Virus record (IMG/VR): IMGVR_UViG_3300035180_001778
Span: 186,001 to 250,000 of that record
Length of the DNA: 64,000 nucleotides
Reading direction: 5' to 3' (one strand)
Of the stretch, positions 1 through 9,756 are shown in pieces. Numbering within the stretch: position 1 is the stretch's first letter; each line of letters opens with the position of its first letter. The position numbers were made by a program, and so were the translations under genes. The notes under the pieces are model-generated. The model saw only the letters and a list, made by a program, of their open reading frames with translations. It made no database searches and was not told where the DNA came from.

Positions 1-109
1 CTCTGCCCCGGGATGTCCTTGTCAAGAGACAAACCGCGAGGCGAAGGACCCCCACCAGGGAGCTTGGACTCTCCAGTGGGACCCACCCAAGAGGACACAG
101 AGTATCGAC

Positions 110-430
110 TCACCATGCCGGCGGAGGCTTGAACTTCCGTAGCTTGTCCGCCAGAACTTCAGCGGAGCGAAATGCTTGACCGATTTGATGGTCAAGCTCG
201 TAGAGAACATCGCGGGTATCCTGAACCTGACGGTCGCCCGGACCAGGGTATCCGCTGACACCCTGAAAGTCCTCCTTCAGAGCTTGAACGTGATCGTTCA
301 CATCACGAAGAGGGCGACGCAATTCGATGCGTTTCTTCACGAGAGCTTCAAGCTCTCCGGCAAGCTTGTCCGGAGACACAGCATCGGATGCTTGAAGAAA
401 TCGCGCACTGACACGATCTTCAATAGACAT
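110..430 (-). CDS. Small putative virion (internal head) protein with N-terminal RVSARF motif
   Basis: ATG at 430 directly follows the upstream stop. Starts MSIEDRVSARFLQAS, a motif shared with other head-module proteins. Confidence 0.55.
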   Translation of the reverse strand: MSIEDRVSARFLQASDAVSPDKLAGELEALVKKRIELRRPLRDVNDHVQALKEDFQGVSGYPGPGDRQVQDTRDVLYELDHQIGQAFRSAEVLADKLRKFKPPPAW

Positions 431-431
431 C

Positions 432-1862
432 TCAGTGCTTGTCCTTGACGACGTTCTTGTTCTTCTCCCACTGGTCGGCGGCCTTCTCGGCATCCTCATC
501 CGACATGCTGGGGTTGGCCTTCTGGAAGCCCTTCATGACGTCCTCGCGGGAGTTGGCCTGCTGAAAGATGGCGGACTGCATGGTCGCCGCATCCATCTGC
601 ATCGAGTCGGCGAGCACCTTCCGAAGGACGGACGCGAGCTGCGTCCGGCTCGGGTTCTTCTGCGTCGACAGGGTCGTTGCCGCCTGTTGGAAGAAGCGTG
701 AAGCCTTCTTCGAGATGTCCCCAGCCTGACGCTGGTTCCCCTCCAGGTGGGCGATGAGAGAGACGAGACGAGCCATCGGGACCTTGCCCGTGGCATCGGC
801 AATCTCTGCCATCTTGAGGAGTTCCGCAGCCGCTTCTTTCGTGTTCTTCATGATCGTGTGCCTTTCTTGGGGGTGGTAACTTGCTTGTCTCGGTCCTGCA
901 CAGGCCTCACCAACAGCCCGTGCGAGATCCACCACCTGATCTCCCACGTAACTCAAGATGTTTTCGACAACCGCCTGTTTACCCAGATTGCCTTCAATCT
1001 GGTCAAGCGCGTTCTCAATGTCGCGGATGGCTTTGGGGAGCTTATCTCGACGAGGATTGGGGCTTTCAAGTCCCTGGTTGAAAGCGTTACCCATCTCCCG
1101 GAATGTTGCCGAGCCTGCCTGTTTTGTAGCCATTGTCGTGCTCTCATCTCTTGCGAAAAGCCCCAAAAACTTCGGGGGATTGATAGGCTTCAAGGGTTCA
1201 GGCCCATTGAACGGAGGCGGATCCTTGTTCAAGGCAGCCGTCATGCCCATCATCGACGCCAGGTTGTAACAGGCGTTGGCGAGCTTGTTGAGAAGAGGCT
1301 TGGGCTCTGCCTTCGGAGCGTTCTTCTTGGCGAATGCTTCGACTTCATTCAACACCGAGGTGCCTTCAGAGATCACCCCTCGGATGTCGACGTTGTCGGA
1401 GCCAAACCGACCCCCCGAATGGACCCCGCCCTCGTAAGAGGCGATCAGCTCCCGGAGAATCTTCTCCCCAACTTGAGCTTCCTTGTCTGTGGACCGGCGC
1501 TTCAAATAGGGCAGACGGATGTCCTGAAGAACACCTTCAAGTTCCTCCGCCTTTTCAGGCTTGAGATTCTGCTTGATTTCTTCGTAGTCGAGGCGAGCGG
1601 CAGCCATGGCCGATGCGTCCAAAGCCTTGTCGAGCTTGAACAGCATGTCGGGAATCCCGTGGATCAAATGCCCCGCCACCTCGAAGAGCTGATCCCGATT
1701 TTCGGCCTTGTCGATGAGGTCGACGGCTTCTTGAACGTACTTCTTGAGTTGTGCTGTACGGAGACGGGCGTCTCCCAGCTCTTCAATGAGGTACACGACG
1801 ACGCCGGAAGCGTTCTTTTCGTGTCCTGATCGACTCAGACAACCGCCGCTAGATTCTGTCAT
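432..1862 (-). CDS. Hypothetical virion/head-associated protein
   Basis: 476-aa ORF with GGAG upstream, several (K/R)xA motifs, located in the head module. Confidence 0.6.
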   Translation of the reverse strand: MTESSGGCLSRSGHEKNASGVVVYLIEELGDARLRTAQLKKYVQEAVDLIDKAENRDQLFEVAGHLIHGIPDMLFKLDKALDASAMAAARLDYEEIKQNLKPEKAEELEGVLQDIRLPYLKRRSTDKEAQVGEKILRELIASYEGGVHSGGRFGSDNVDIRGVISEGTSVLNEVEAFAKKNAPKAEPKPLLNKLANACYNLASMMGMTAALNKDPPPFNGPEPLKPINPPKFLGLFARDESTTMATKQAGSATFREMGNAFNQGLESPNPRRDKLPKAIRDIENALDQIEGNLGKQAVVENILSYVGDQVVDLARAVGEACAGPRQASYHPQERHTIMKNTKEAAAELLKMAEIADATGKVPMARLVSLIAHLEGNQRQAGDISKKASRFFQQAATTLSTQKNPSRTQLASVLRKVLADSMQMDAATMQSAIFQQANSREDVMKGFQKANPSMSDEDAEKAADQWEKNKNVVKDKH

Positions 1863-1908
1863 GAGCCATCTCCATCACCGGGAGACGGCTCACAAGAGAA
1901 CTATGGTT

Positions 1909-3138
1909 TCAGCCCTCGAAAGCCTGGGGGAACTCCGAGAGAAGCATCTGCTTCATGTCGTCGCCCTCGGCTGCGAAGACGGCCTTGAGGACATCGTGAC
2001 GATCCTCGTAGTCGGCCTGGAGGCGAGCGAGCTTCTTCCGGGGGGACACCGTGAAGTCGTAGTTGTCGGGGAAGTCCGCGCAGAACTGCTTGGCAACCAT
2101 CCGACGAACAGCCGCGGGGGCTTCCTTGACCGACACAGCCGGCGAAGGGTTGAGCGAAGCGACCACCCGAGTGGGGGCTCCCGAAGCTTCGGCCGAGAAA
2201 TGGACATCCTTCCGGGGACCGTTGGTGGTCCTGAAAGTCATCCCATCCTGGGTGAGAACCGAGGAGCGAGCCGGGGCCTGATCATATCCCGACATGTCAG
2301 CCGTCTCGGTCCCGCCGCCCGTGAAGAGGCTGGCGGTGATCCCCTCACGAGTCTCCGACCCACGGTTCTGAACGCGGCCCACGACACGCGAACCGCCGTT
2401 GTCCAGCATCGTCGGCTGGGAAGGACGGGGTTCCGAGACGTACTGCGAACGACGCATCTCGATCTGCGCGAGATACTCATCCCTCTGTCGAGGACTCATG
2501 CGAGCCAAGTACTCCTCTTCGGAGATACCCTCTCCCGGAGCGATCTGTCCCACGTTGTTCGCGTGATGCAGAAGACCACCGATGTTGTTGCCCGTGAGGT
2601 GAGCCCTGTTGAGGGCGTGCCGGTTTGCTTCATCTCCAGAGGGAGTCTGGAAACCAGAGCGAACCTCGACGCCGTCTTGCGGCTCGATGATGACCTGCCC
2701 CGTCACCCGCTGGCCGGGGACATACCCATTGTTGCGATCCCGAATCGAGTTCGCGTGGGCCGTGACGTTCCCCACCTCACGCTCATCGACATCTTCGCTC
2801 GTGGCCCGTGCGAAGTTCGACTGGTTCGGCCGTAGGGGGTTGCCACCATCCGCCGCGTGCTTGACCTGTATGTTCGCCGAACGAGGACGCTCCGACGTCG
2901 TGTCGAACTCGTCGTAGCTCGCCGCACGGATGAGCCAGCCCGCCTTGAATGCCCCTCGGAGCTGCGGCATCGGGTAGCGGCCCCCATTCACTTCCGCCGT
3001 GGTCCCATCGAACAGGACGTCCGTTCCCTTCGAGAGGGTCAAGGGCTGCCCGTTGCCGATGTTGCCGAGCGTGAAGCCCCGGGTCGTGATGAAGTGCTGG
3101 AGTTCGCCGTGCCGAAATGCAATCTGTTCCGATGCCAT
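1909..3138 (-). CDS. Hypothetical protein (head module)
   Basis: 409-aa ORF with an AGGAGA Shine-Dalgarno before the ATG. Confidence 0.65.
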   Translation of the reverse strand: MASEQIAFRHGELQHFITTRGFTLGNIGNGQPLTLSKGTDVLFDGTTAEVNGGRYPMPQLRGAFKAGWLIRAASYDEFDTTSERPRSANIQVKHAADGGNPLRPNQSNFARATSEDVDEREVGNVTAHANSIRDRNNGYVPGQRVTGQVIIEPQDGVEVRSGFQTPSGDEANRHALNRAHLTGNNIGGLLHHANNVGQIAPGEGISEEEYLARMSPRQRDEYLAQIEMRRSQYVSEPRPSQPTMLDNGGSRVVGRVQNRGSETREGITASLFTGGGTETADMSGYDQAPARSSVLTQDGMTFRTTNGPRKDVHFSAEASGAPTRVVASLNPSPAVSVKEAPAAVRRMVAKQFCADFPDNYDFTVSPRKKLARLQADYEDRHDVLKAVFAAEGDDMKQMLLSEFPQAFEG

Positions 3139-3212
3139 GTGTCCGCTCTCCTGAAGAAGATGTAGGTCCCCATCAAGAGCAAACGGATAAGTGTACTACC
3201 GCGTCCGAGAGG

Positions 3213-3240
3213 TTGATCTTGGAGCTGGTCGAGGTGTAGG
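3213..3240 (+). promoter_or_regulatory. Phage promoter TTGATC-N16-TGTAGG
   Basis: Exact match to a motif seen 9 times in the window. Precedes the GTG at 3248. Confidence 0.7.
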
Positions 3241-3247
3241 TAGAGGC

Positions 3248-3547
3248 GTGACTACCCCCAAAAAGTTCGTTGGCTATTGCGACCCCACCTCCTTCCAGGT
3301 GTGCAAAGGGCAATGGGTGACCATCCCCAAGGGCACCCTGCTGGGCTCTACTGGTCCAGGGAAACACGGACCAGCCGGTCGGACCTACAAGGTCCGGATC
3401 CACTCCATTACCAACGGCTGGAGCCGAGAGCAAAGGCACCCCGGGGATCCCGAGGCTATGGTGGTGAACCCCACCGTGCAGTGGGCCGGCGCTGGGGGCT
3501 ACTGGACGTGGGCCGACATGAACGACATCCCGGAAGCGGTCGGTTGA
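3248..3547 (+). CDS. Hypothetical protein
   Basis: In-frame GTG just after the promoter motif; Trp-rich C-terminus. Confidence 0.55.
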   Translation: MTTPKKFVGYCDPTSFQVCKGQWVTIPKGTLLGSTGPGKHGPAGRTYKVRIHSITNGWSREQRHPGDPEAMVVNPTVQWAGAGGYWTWADMNDIPEAVG

Positions 3548-3571
3548 TCCTCAACCCCTTCGCTCTGTAGA
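3544..3571 (+). promoter_or_regulatory. Phage promoter TTGATC-N16-TGTAGA
   Basis: Motif match, just upstream of the ATG at 3578. Confidence 0.7.
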
Positions 3572-3577
3572 GGTGAG

Positions 3578-3778
3578 ATGGACGCTCTCGATACAGTTCA
3601 AGAAGTTGCTCAAGCTCAGCTCGATTGCCTTGGTCAAGGAGATCAAGCCCCTGCGATCGACGGCGTGGCCACCACCCTCGAACTCTTGCTCATCTGTCTG
3701 AAGTACATCAAGACCTCGACGGGACCGATCGACACCATCAGTCTGGAGAAAGACTTCCAGGCAGTGCTTCAAGCGTAG
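3578..3778 (+). CDS. Hypothetical protein
   Basis: ORF downstream of the promoter motif, with GAGG upstream. Confidence 0.5.
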   Translation: MDALDTVQEVAQAQLDCLGQGDQAPAIDGVATTLELLLICLKYIKTSTGPIDTISLEKDFQAVLQA

Positions 3779-3785
3779 GAAGACC

Positions 3786-4064
3786 ATGGACAGCCTCCTC
3801 ACCATCATGCAGAAGAAGCGAGCCGAGGGGATCGAGGATCTGCGCGAGCTGGGACGAGCAGTTGCCAAGGTGGTCCCAGGCAACTGGAAGATCACGCTCT
3901 ACGCGTGCATGCGATCTGGGATTGCGAAGGAAGACTGCATCACGGTGATCCGCTCCTTCATCGAAGAGCAGCGTCAGAAACCCGTGAAGTTCAAGAAGGG
4001 CAAGGGCTCGAAGAAGGACGCCGTCATCGACGACGGACCGGAGCAGCTCGAACTCTTGGAGTAG
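3786..4064 (+). CDS. Hypothetical protein
   Basis: AGGA upstream; continues the small plus-strand operon. Confidence 0.55.
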   Translation: MDSLLTIMQKKRAEGIEDLRELGRAVAKVVPGNWKITLYACMRSGIAKEDCITVIRSFIEEQRQKPVKFKKGKGSKKDAVIDDGPEQLELLE

Positions 4065-4065
4065 C

Positions 4066-4380
4066 TCAGGCCAAGGTCTGCAAGTGTGCCTTCAGCCGGC
4101 GAAGCTCATCAAGAAGCGACTGGAGCTTGGAGAAGACTTCGTCGGCTGACCGTTCCTCTTCGGGGACGGTCGCTAGAATCCTCTCCCCAAGAGCGATGTC
4201 CATGTCCGTCCCTTCGAGGGACATGCTGAGATCCAGCATCCTGGTATTCATCTCTCGGAACTCCAACCTCTGTCGAGTGGGGTAGAGGAAGGCGTTGCTG
4301 AGCTTGCTCCTTCCTTCCGGAGTGCGGGTGTACACCTGGAAGATTTGCTCTTTGAGAGCTGAGAGGTCTTGTTCGGGCAT
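4066..4380 (-). CDS. Hypothetical protein
   Basis: ATG at 4380 lies 10 nt after a GGTGTA motif. Its TPEGRSKLS segment resembles the capsid N-terminal TAAGRAKLA. Confidence 0.55.
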   Translation of the reverse strand: MPEQDLSALKEQIFQVYTRTPEGRSKLSNAFLYPTRQRLEFREMNTRMLDLSMSLEGTDMDIALGERILATVPEEERSADEVFSKLQSLLDELRRLKAHLQTLA

Positions 4381-4399
4381 GGCCCGAATATACACCAAA

Positions 4400-4443
4400 G
4401 AAAAAGGCTCCACCCGGTTTCCCGAGCAGGGCCTTTTCTTTTC
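4400..4443 (-). terminator. Likely intrinsic terminator after the major capsid gene
   Basis: Imperfect hairpin flanked by A- and T-rich tracts on both sides. Confidence 0.5.
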
Positions 4444-4468
4444 AGGCCCTTTCAGGCCAGCTCAGCGA

Positions 4469-5350
4469 CTAGAAGCGCTGAACCACGACGCGGGTGAGAG
4501 CCTTCGGGTTGAAGGCGCCGATGCCCACGTTCTCGAAGCACGAGAAGCCGATCGTGCGTGCCTTGGGATCGTCGGCCGAGAGGACCGTCAGCTCCGTGCG
4601 GACCGGGAAGCGACCGAAGTTCTCGGGTTCCGCGCAGATGTAGACGAACCCGACGGGGACGAGCCTCGACGTGATGATCTGCGCGCCCCAGAGGACGGCC
4701 TGGAGGCCGGTCTTGAGGAGGGTGGCCTGGCTCTCGATGTCCAGGATGTCACGGCCGAACTTGCGGATGTCCGCGTAGTCGACCGCGTTCATGTAGATCC
4801 GGGCAACCCGGAGGTCGTGACGCTCGATCTCGGCGAACGCGTCCGCGAGGACGGCCGGAGAGATGGGAGCCACCACCGCGACGTCAGGGTTCGACTGCCC
4901 GGGGAGGGTGTCGAAGCCGGAGACGGCGATCGAGTCGAGAACCGTGAAGACGCGCTCGTCTTCCGCGGCCTGGATCTGGGCCTTCGCGAGGTCCTGCGAA
5001 CGCTCGATGAGGTCGAAGCGACGCTCCTTGATCTGCGTGAGCGGGATCTCGGGGTTCGAGGCGATCTCGAACAGCGGGAAGATGACCCGACGCGGCTTCT
5101 GGATCGCGAGGATGTTCTGACCCTCTTCGCCGACCACGAAGGCCGTGACGTCGGGATCCTTGTCGTAGATGGGCAGCGCTCCATCCGGTAGCTGCTCGAC
5201 GAGGAAGGTCTTGCGACCGACCGCGGTGTAGTCACGACGCAGCCGAAGGGGCTGGATCATCGATGCAGCGAGCTTTGCACGGCCGGCGGCCGTCTTGATG
5301 TACTCGCTGATGATTTGCTGCTTCAGCTCGTTGGAAACCTGGTTGTTCAT
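4469..5350 (-). CDS. Major capsid protein (HK97-fold, jumbo-phage type)
   Basis: GRAKLAASMIQPLRLRRDY...GRKTFLVEQLPDGALPIYDKD pattern; follows protease, scaffold and decoration genes; strong codon bias; GAGGA Shine-Dalgarno. Confidence 0.85.
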   Translation of the reverse strand: MNNQVSNELKQQIISEYIKTAAGRAKLAASMIQPLRLRRDYTAVGRKTFLVEQLPDGALPIYDKDPDVTAFVVGEEGQNILAIQKPRRVIFPLFEIASNPEIPLTQIKERRFDLIERSQDLAKAQIQAAEDERVFTVLDSIAVSGFDTLPGQSNPDVAVVAPISPAVLADAFAEIERHDLRVARIYMNAVDYADIRKFGRDILDIESQATLLKTGLQAVLWGAQIITSRLVPVGFVYICAEPENFGRFPVRTELTVLSADDPKARTIGFSCFENVGIGAFNPKALTRVVVQRF

Positions 5351-5387
5351 GTCGTCCTCTTTTGCTCCTCAGAAGTCCGGTGTTTGA

Positions 5388-6017
5388 TCAGACCCGCAGG
5401 TCGATCACGAGGAGCGACGAGTTGGCGTCCGGAGCCACCTTCACGATGCCGATCAGGGTCACGAAAGGCAGGCTGTTCTGCCCCGAGACGTTGTACTCGT
5501 AGGCGTCCGCGAGGACGTTGGTGACGAGTCCGTTGACCGAAGCGTAGACCGCATCCCCAGCCGCGTAGACGACCGCGGTCCCGGGAGAGCTGATCTGGGT
5601 CTTCGTCTCGTAGATCGAGAGACCCGCCGTGGTGCCCGAGCCACAGGCGTAGGGCCCACGGTTCGAGGCGACACCAGGGGTGTTCTCGAAGGCGTTCCCG
5701 AGGCTGTCGTTCAGGTAGATGCCCAGCGGCTTGATCTTGGCGTCGTAGGCAGCCGAGACCTTGACAGGCCCACCGTGGAACCCATTGCCGTAGTCGTAGC
5801 GAGTGAAGGCGATGGATCCGCCAAGCACTCCGAGCTTGCTGATGTTCGAGAGGGTGGCGGACTTCTGCGTGGTGACGACGGGGGGATTGGCCTGTGTGAA
5901 CGAATCCGGCGTCAGAACACCCACGGCATTGCGCGTGACGATGTTGAGAAGCTGGACCCGTGACGCGGTCTCCTTGAAGTCACCCGAAGACTGTCCGCCG
6001 ATGGCGAAGGAACTCAT
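5388..6017 (-). CDS. Head decoration/cement-like protein
   Basis: Beta-rich 209 aa directly upstream of the capsid gene; AAGGAG Shine-Dalgarno. Confidence 0.6.
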   Translation of the reverse strand: MSSFAIGGQSSGDFKETASRVQLLNIVTRNAVGVLTPDSFTQANPPVVTTQKSATLSNISKLGVLGGSIAFTRYDYGNGFHGGPVKVSAAYDAKIKPLGIYLNDSLGNAFENTPGVASNRGPYACGSGTTAGLSIYETKTQISSPGTAVVYAAGDAVYASVNGLVTNVLADAYEYNVSGQNSLPFVTLIGIVKVAPDANSSLLVIDLRV

Positions 6018-6113
6018 TTTGTATCTACTCCCTTAGCGTGGCGTGATTTCGGGTGTTAATTCGATTCGATCCCGCCCGTGAGGGCGTACCAGAGGTCCTT
6101 TCGGACGGCTGGT

Positions 6114-7370
6114 TCACTTCATGTTGAAGGCGTCGCGAACATCGGGAGCCGAGGGCCAGAGGGCCGAGAGCTTGTCGATGTCGTTGCCAGAGCGATTGCC
6201 CGAGCCAGCCACCCCGCCGCCGACCCGCGAGACACCGCCCGTGGGACGAGTCCCGACCGTGCGAGTCGAAGCCGTGCGGCCCATGCCAGCCTGCTTCTGC
6301 TGTTGCGCGCCCTGCTGAGCCTGCTGAGCCTGCTCCGCGTCCTGCGACTCCTGAGTTGCGAAGAGGGTCTTGAGGACGTCGTCCTCCGGACCGAGCTGCA
6401 TCTCCCCGCCATCGCCGAGGTCCATCGGAGGAGCGTCCAGCTCAATGTCCGATTCAGACATGTCGCCGCCGCCCATCCCGCCGCCCATGAGGTCGTCGAG
6501 GAGAGCGTCATCCGACTGCTGTTGCATCGGCATCTGCTGTTGCGAGACCTGCTGCTGTTGCGGCATCTGCTGCGACTGCTGCATCTGGGGCATCTGCTGC
6601 TGAGCCTGTTGCTGCTGCGGCATCTGCTGATCGTTCGCGCGAAGGACACCCGCCTGCTTGAGAGCAGCGGTGACAGCCGCCTGGACAACCTGCATGATGT
6701 CCGGAGACATCGCGGGAGCCTGGGTGGTCTGCGTGGCCGCGGGCGCAGCGACACTGGTCGATGAGGCCCTCGCCATGTCGACAGGAGCCGGCATGGCGAG
6801 GGCCTCATCGAGAGCCAGCTTGGCTCCAGCGAGGTCGCCAGCCTGGAAGGCCTTCTGAGCGCGGAGCTGAAGGGCAGCCTGCTTCTGCTGAGCCTTCTCC
6901 TTGTCCTGATCGTCCTGCGACTGACCCTGCTGAGCGAGACGCTCAGAGAGGCTGGCGTAGGTCGCGATGAGGGCCGCGTCCGGCACATGCATCAGATTGA
7001 CCGCCTGATCCTCGATGGCCAACTCGGGAGCCGTGTTGCCGAGCATCATTCGAGCGAGCTTGACGGTGAAATCTGCCTTCTTCATGTAGAACTTTTCAGA
7101 CGCAGCCGTCTTCTCAGGGTGGTTGTAGGTTTCGGGGCGCTTCTCCGGCATGCCGATCTCGTCACGCTTGGTCTGCCCACCCGAGTACTCCTTCTCCCAC
7201 TCATTGGGGGAGTGAATGTCCTCCGCCCACGAAGACGGATCTCCGTTGGTGTACTTGTCCGCCGAAGGCTGTTGGCTGAGGTGGTCCTGATTCATGGACC
7301 GGGGGTCCTCTGCCGTCCGCGACGACCCCTGCTTGATCTGATCTCGGTTCCAGGTGGTGCGTGTACGCAT
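6114..7370 (-). CDS. Putative scaffolding protein (Gln-rich)
   Basis: Lies between the protease and capsid genes; low-complexity Q/M/P tracts; many KQA/RTA motifs. Confidence 0.6.
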   Translation of the reverse strand: MRTRTTWNRDQIKQGSSRTAEDPRSMNQDHLSQQPSADKYTNGDPSSWAEDIHSPNEWEKEYSGGQTKRDEIGMPEKRPETYNHPEKTAASEKFYMKKADFTVKLARMMLGNTAPELAIEDQAVNLMHVPDAALIATYASLSERLAQQGQSQDDQDKEKAQQKQAALQLRAQKAFQAGDLAGAKLALDEALAMPAPVDMARASSTSVAAPAATQTTQAPAMSPDIMQVVQAAVTAALKQAGVLRANDQQMPQQQQAQQQMPQMQQSQQMPQQQQVSQQQMPMQQQSDDALLDDLMGGGMGGGDMSESDIELDAPPMDLGDGGEMQLGPEDDVLKTLFATQESQDAEQAQQAQQGAQQQKQAGMGRTASTRTVGTRPTGGVSRVGGGVAGSGNRSGNDIDKLSALWPSAPDVRDAFNMK

Positions 7371-7459
7371 GTCTTGACTCCCTATCGGGACAGCCTCCGA
7401 AGACGATGAGAAGAAGTTCTCGACCGTGTTTTACGTAGGCTGACGAAATATAAACAGAA

Positions 7460-8947
7460 TCACGCACCCAACGAGAAGAGTTGACCCTTGACCAAGAGTG
7501 CCTTCTTCTCGTCCTCGGAGGGCTCACGTCCGAGGGCATGACAGCAAGCCGTCATGTATTGCGTGACATCACGGTAGCGGGACGTCCCCCCAACCGCGAC
7601 CACGGCCCGATAGATCCGGCCTTCCCCTGCCATCATGGTTCGCTTGCTTGCGAGGTCCACAATGCGGGAAACAGCCAGGATTTCACGTCCGCTGAGCCTT
7701 TTTGAAGCTTGCACAGCACCCCAACCACCCGTCTTGAGGAGGATGAGACCCAAAAGGGTTTGCCGTGCAGACCTACCACCCCCAACAGTCGCCACCAAGG
7801 AACGAGCCACCTCTTTCCAGACGGGATTCCGGAGAGCGGACTTGATGAGGGTATCGTTGTCGTTCGCGTCCCCAATCGGGGAATCGCTCTTGGCCATATC
7901 CCCACGCACCTTCTCCAGAGCCTTCTCCTGGAGAGTTGCGGCAAGGTCATCGACGGCCTTGTCGAAGGGAGCCTTCTCCGGGGCCTTGGGGGCGGGAGTG
8001 GGAGGCTTGGTGACATCCTCCTTTTCCTGAGAATCGTCACCCCCAAATTGAGCTTTCCGAATGAGGCTGTAGGCAGCCTTCTGGAAGAGATCCGGATTTG
8101 CCACCCGAGTACCCCCAGCGAATGCCGCCTGAATCTGACCCCCATAAGTGGCAATCTCTTCGGGGGATAGGATGCTGCGAAGGACGGCGCCCGTGAAAGC
8201 TGGGTTTGCAACCCAGCTCGCCTCGATGAATTTGACACTCCCGGGCTCGTCTGCGATGTGCCCGCACAGCTCTGCGATCCGACGTTTGTTGCCGAAGTCG
8301 TCAACCCACTCGTTGCCCTTGGCGTAGCGAATGTCGGGACAGAGCTGCGTCTCGTCGTAGGCGACGTTGCCGCACTTCGTGCAGACGGTGAACTCGACCT
8401 GGCACCCCATCGAGAGGGTCTGAAGCTGGCCGCTCGTGATGGCCGAGATGAGGGGGCGGTGCTTCCGATCCGTGGCCACGAGGATGTCCACATAGATGGA
8501 GTCCCCGATATCCCGAGCCGCAGCGTCGATGATCTTCCCGCGAGACATCTCTGGGATCTGAATGTGCTCGACGTAGTTCTCCCCGCCAATGAACGTACGG
8601 AAGCACGACAGAAGGAGCTTCCGCTCCCAGGCATCGTGGTTGTTGTTGATGTACTTCGACGTCTTGGGGGCGATCAGCCAGTCCTTGTACTTGCGGGTGA
8701 TCGGGAAGCCCGCGACAACCTGTTCCCCAAGCTCTGCCGGGCTCTCTTCCGTGTCGACCGAGGCGATGATCGTACAGTGGGAGAGCATGAAGCTCGAAGG
8801 GTCATACTTCTGGAAGACGACCTTGGCAGCGGCACGATCAGCGAAGGGGTTCCCCTTCATCTGACTCTTGCTCTTGACTTCATCCCAGCCCGCGAACTTG
8901 ATGTCCGGCTTGACGATGGCTGCGTTTGCGTAGCGTAGGAAGGCCAT
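7460..8947 (-). CDS. Prohead maturation protease
   Basis: NNNHDAW, YVEH, TLSMGC, CTKCGN and FIEASWVANPAF motifs typical of large-phage head proteases. Confidence 0.75.
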   Translation of the reverse strand: MAFLRYANAAIVKPDIKFAGWDEVKSKSQMKGNPFADRAAAKVVFQKYDPSSFMLSHCTIIASVDTEESPAELGEQVVAGFPITRKYKDWLIAPKTSKYINNNHDAWERKLLLSCFRTFIGGENYVEHIQIPEMSRGKIIDAAARDIGDSIYVDILVATDRKHRPLISAITSGQLQTLSMGCQVEFTVCTKCGNVAYDETQLCPDIRYAKGNEWVDDFGNKRRIAELCGHIADEPGSVKFIEASWVANPAFTGAVLRSILSPEEIATYGGQIQAAFAGGTRVANPDLFQKAAYSLIRKAQFGGDDSQEKEDVTKPPTPAPKAPEKAPFDKAVDDLAATLQEKALEKVRGDMAKSDSPIGDANDNDTLIKSALRNPVWKEVARSLVATVGGGRSARQTLLGLILLKTGGWGAVQASKRLSGREILAVSRIVDLASKRTMMAGEGRIYRAVVAVGGTSRYRDVTQYMTACCHALGREPSEDEKKALLVKGQLFSLGA

Positions 8948-9493
8948 TCAGGGGCTCTTTTCTGAGTAGGAGCTGTGTAGCTTGGTCAACTCCCTTGACA
9001 GAGTTGAGACGACATTCGTGTCTCCACCAAGAGACACGAATGTCGAACCCAGAGGCAAGAGAATCCGATTTAGCTCTTGGAAGACGTTGTCGATATCCCC
9101 ATGGTGAGCTGCTTTTGCAGCATGCTCAAAACAAGAGGCAACTGCCTCCAGGCTATCCTTCAGGTCCCGCTCAAGGTGCTTGCCATCCTTCGATTCGGCT
9201 TGGAAACGAGCAAAGACCCGAGTCGCCATGACCCCCGTCATATACTCGTACTTCATGAAGTCGGCCTTGGAGAGAGCCAGTTTCTTGGCTTCCAAGAGGG
9301 TGGGCTCTACCCCCAGCTTGTCTCCAGCCTGTTGGACATGGAACAGACCGTCCTTCGCGTAGAAGTCGATCACGATCCCATGGTCAAACGGGTAGCGGAT
9401 ACCATTACGACCGGCGAGGTTGTAAGAGTTCCCCTCTCCATCCCCCAAGTCCTTCAGGTCCTTGTGGAACCACCCTGCATCGACAGCACTCAC
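8948..9493 (-). CDS. Hypothetical virion protein (internal RVFARF motif)
   Basis: Coupled ORF in the head operon. Confidence 0.55.
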   Translation of the reverse strand: MSAVDAGWFHKDLKDLGDGEGNSYNLAGRNGIRYPFDHGIVIDFYAKDGLFHVQQAGDKLGVEPTLLEAKKLALSKADFMKYEYMTGVMATRVFARFQAESKDGKHLERDLKDSLEAVASCFEHAAKAAHHGDIDNVFQELNRILLPLGSTFVSLGGDTNVVSTLSRELTKLHSSYSEKSP

Positions 9494-9756
9494 TTGGAGC
9501 CCTCCCCCTCAAAGGGAGCCTCACGGTCCAAGGCCATGACATGCTCAGCACGTTCGAGCTTCTGACGGTAGTCTCGGATCTTGGATCGAAGGCCATCGGC
9601 CCTACCGAGTTGTCCCGAGGCCTCAGCTTTTGAAGCCTGTCTTTGGGCCTTCTCAATAGCGCTCAACAGATCCTTGATCTGTTGAGCGAGGTCAGCAGAT
9701 TCGGAGGCTGCCTTCTCTTGGTAGAAGCGCTGGAGAACACGAGCACCTGTCACCAT
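9490..9756 (-). CDS. Small coiled-coil virion protein (RVLQRF motif)
   Basis: Overlaps neighbouring starts and stops; N-terminal motif. Confidence 0.55.
   Translation of the reverse strand: MVTGARVLQRFYQEKAASESADLAQQIKDLLSAIEKAQRQASKAEASGQLGRADGLRSKIRDYRQKLERAEHVMALDREAPFEGEGSK

Noticed and set aside
57-71. 15-bp match (AGGGAGCTTGGACTC) to 58061-58075
   Set aside because: One or two 15-mer matches are expected by chance within 64 kb.
6520-6630. CTG/TGC-rich tandem repeats
   Set aside because: They simply encode the poly-Gln tract of the scaffold protein; not a CRISPR or regulatory repeat.
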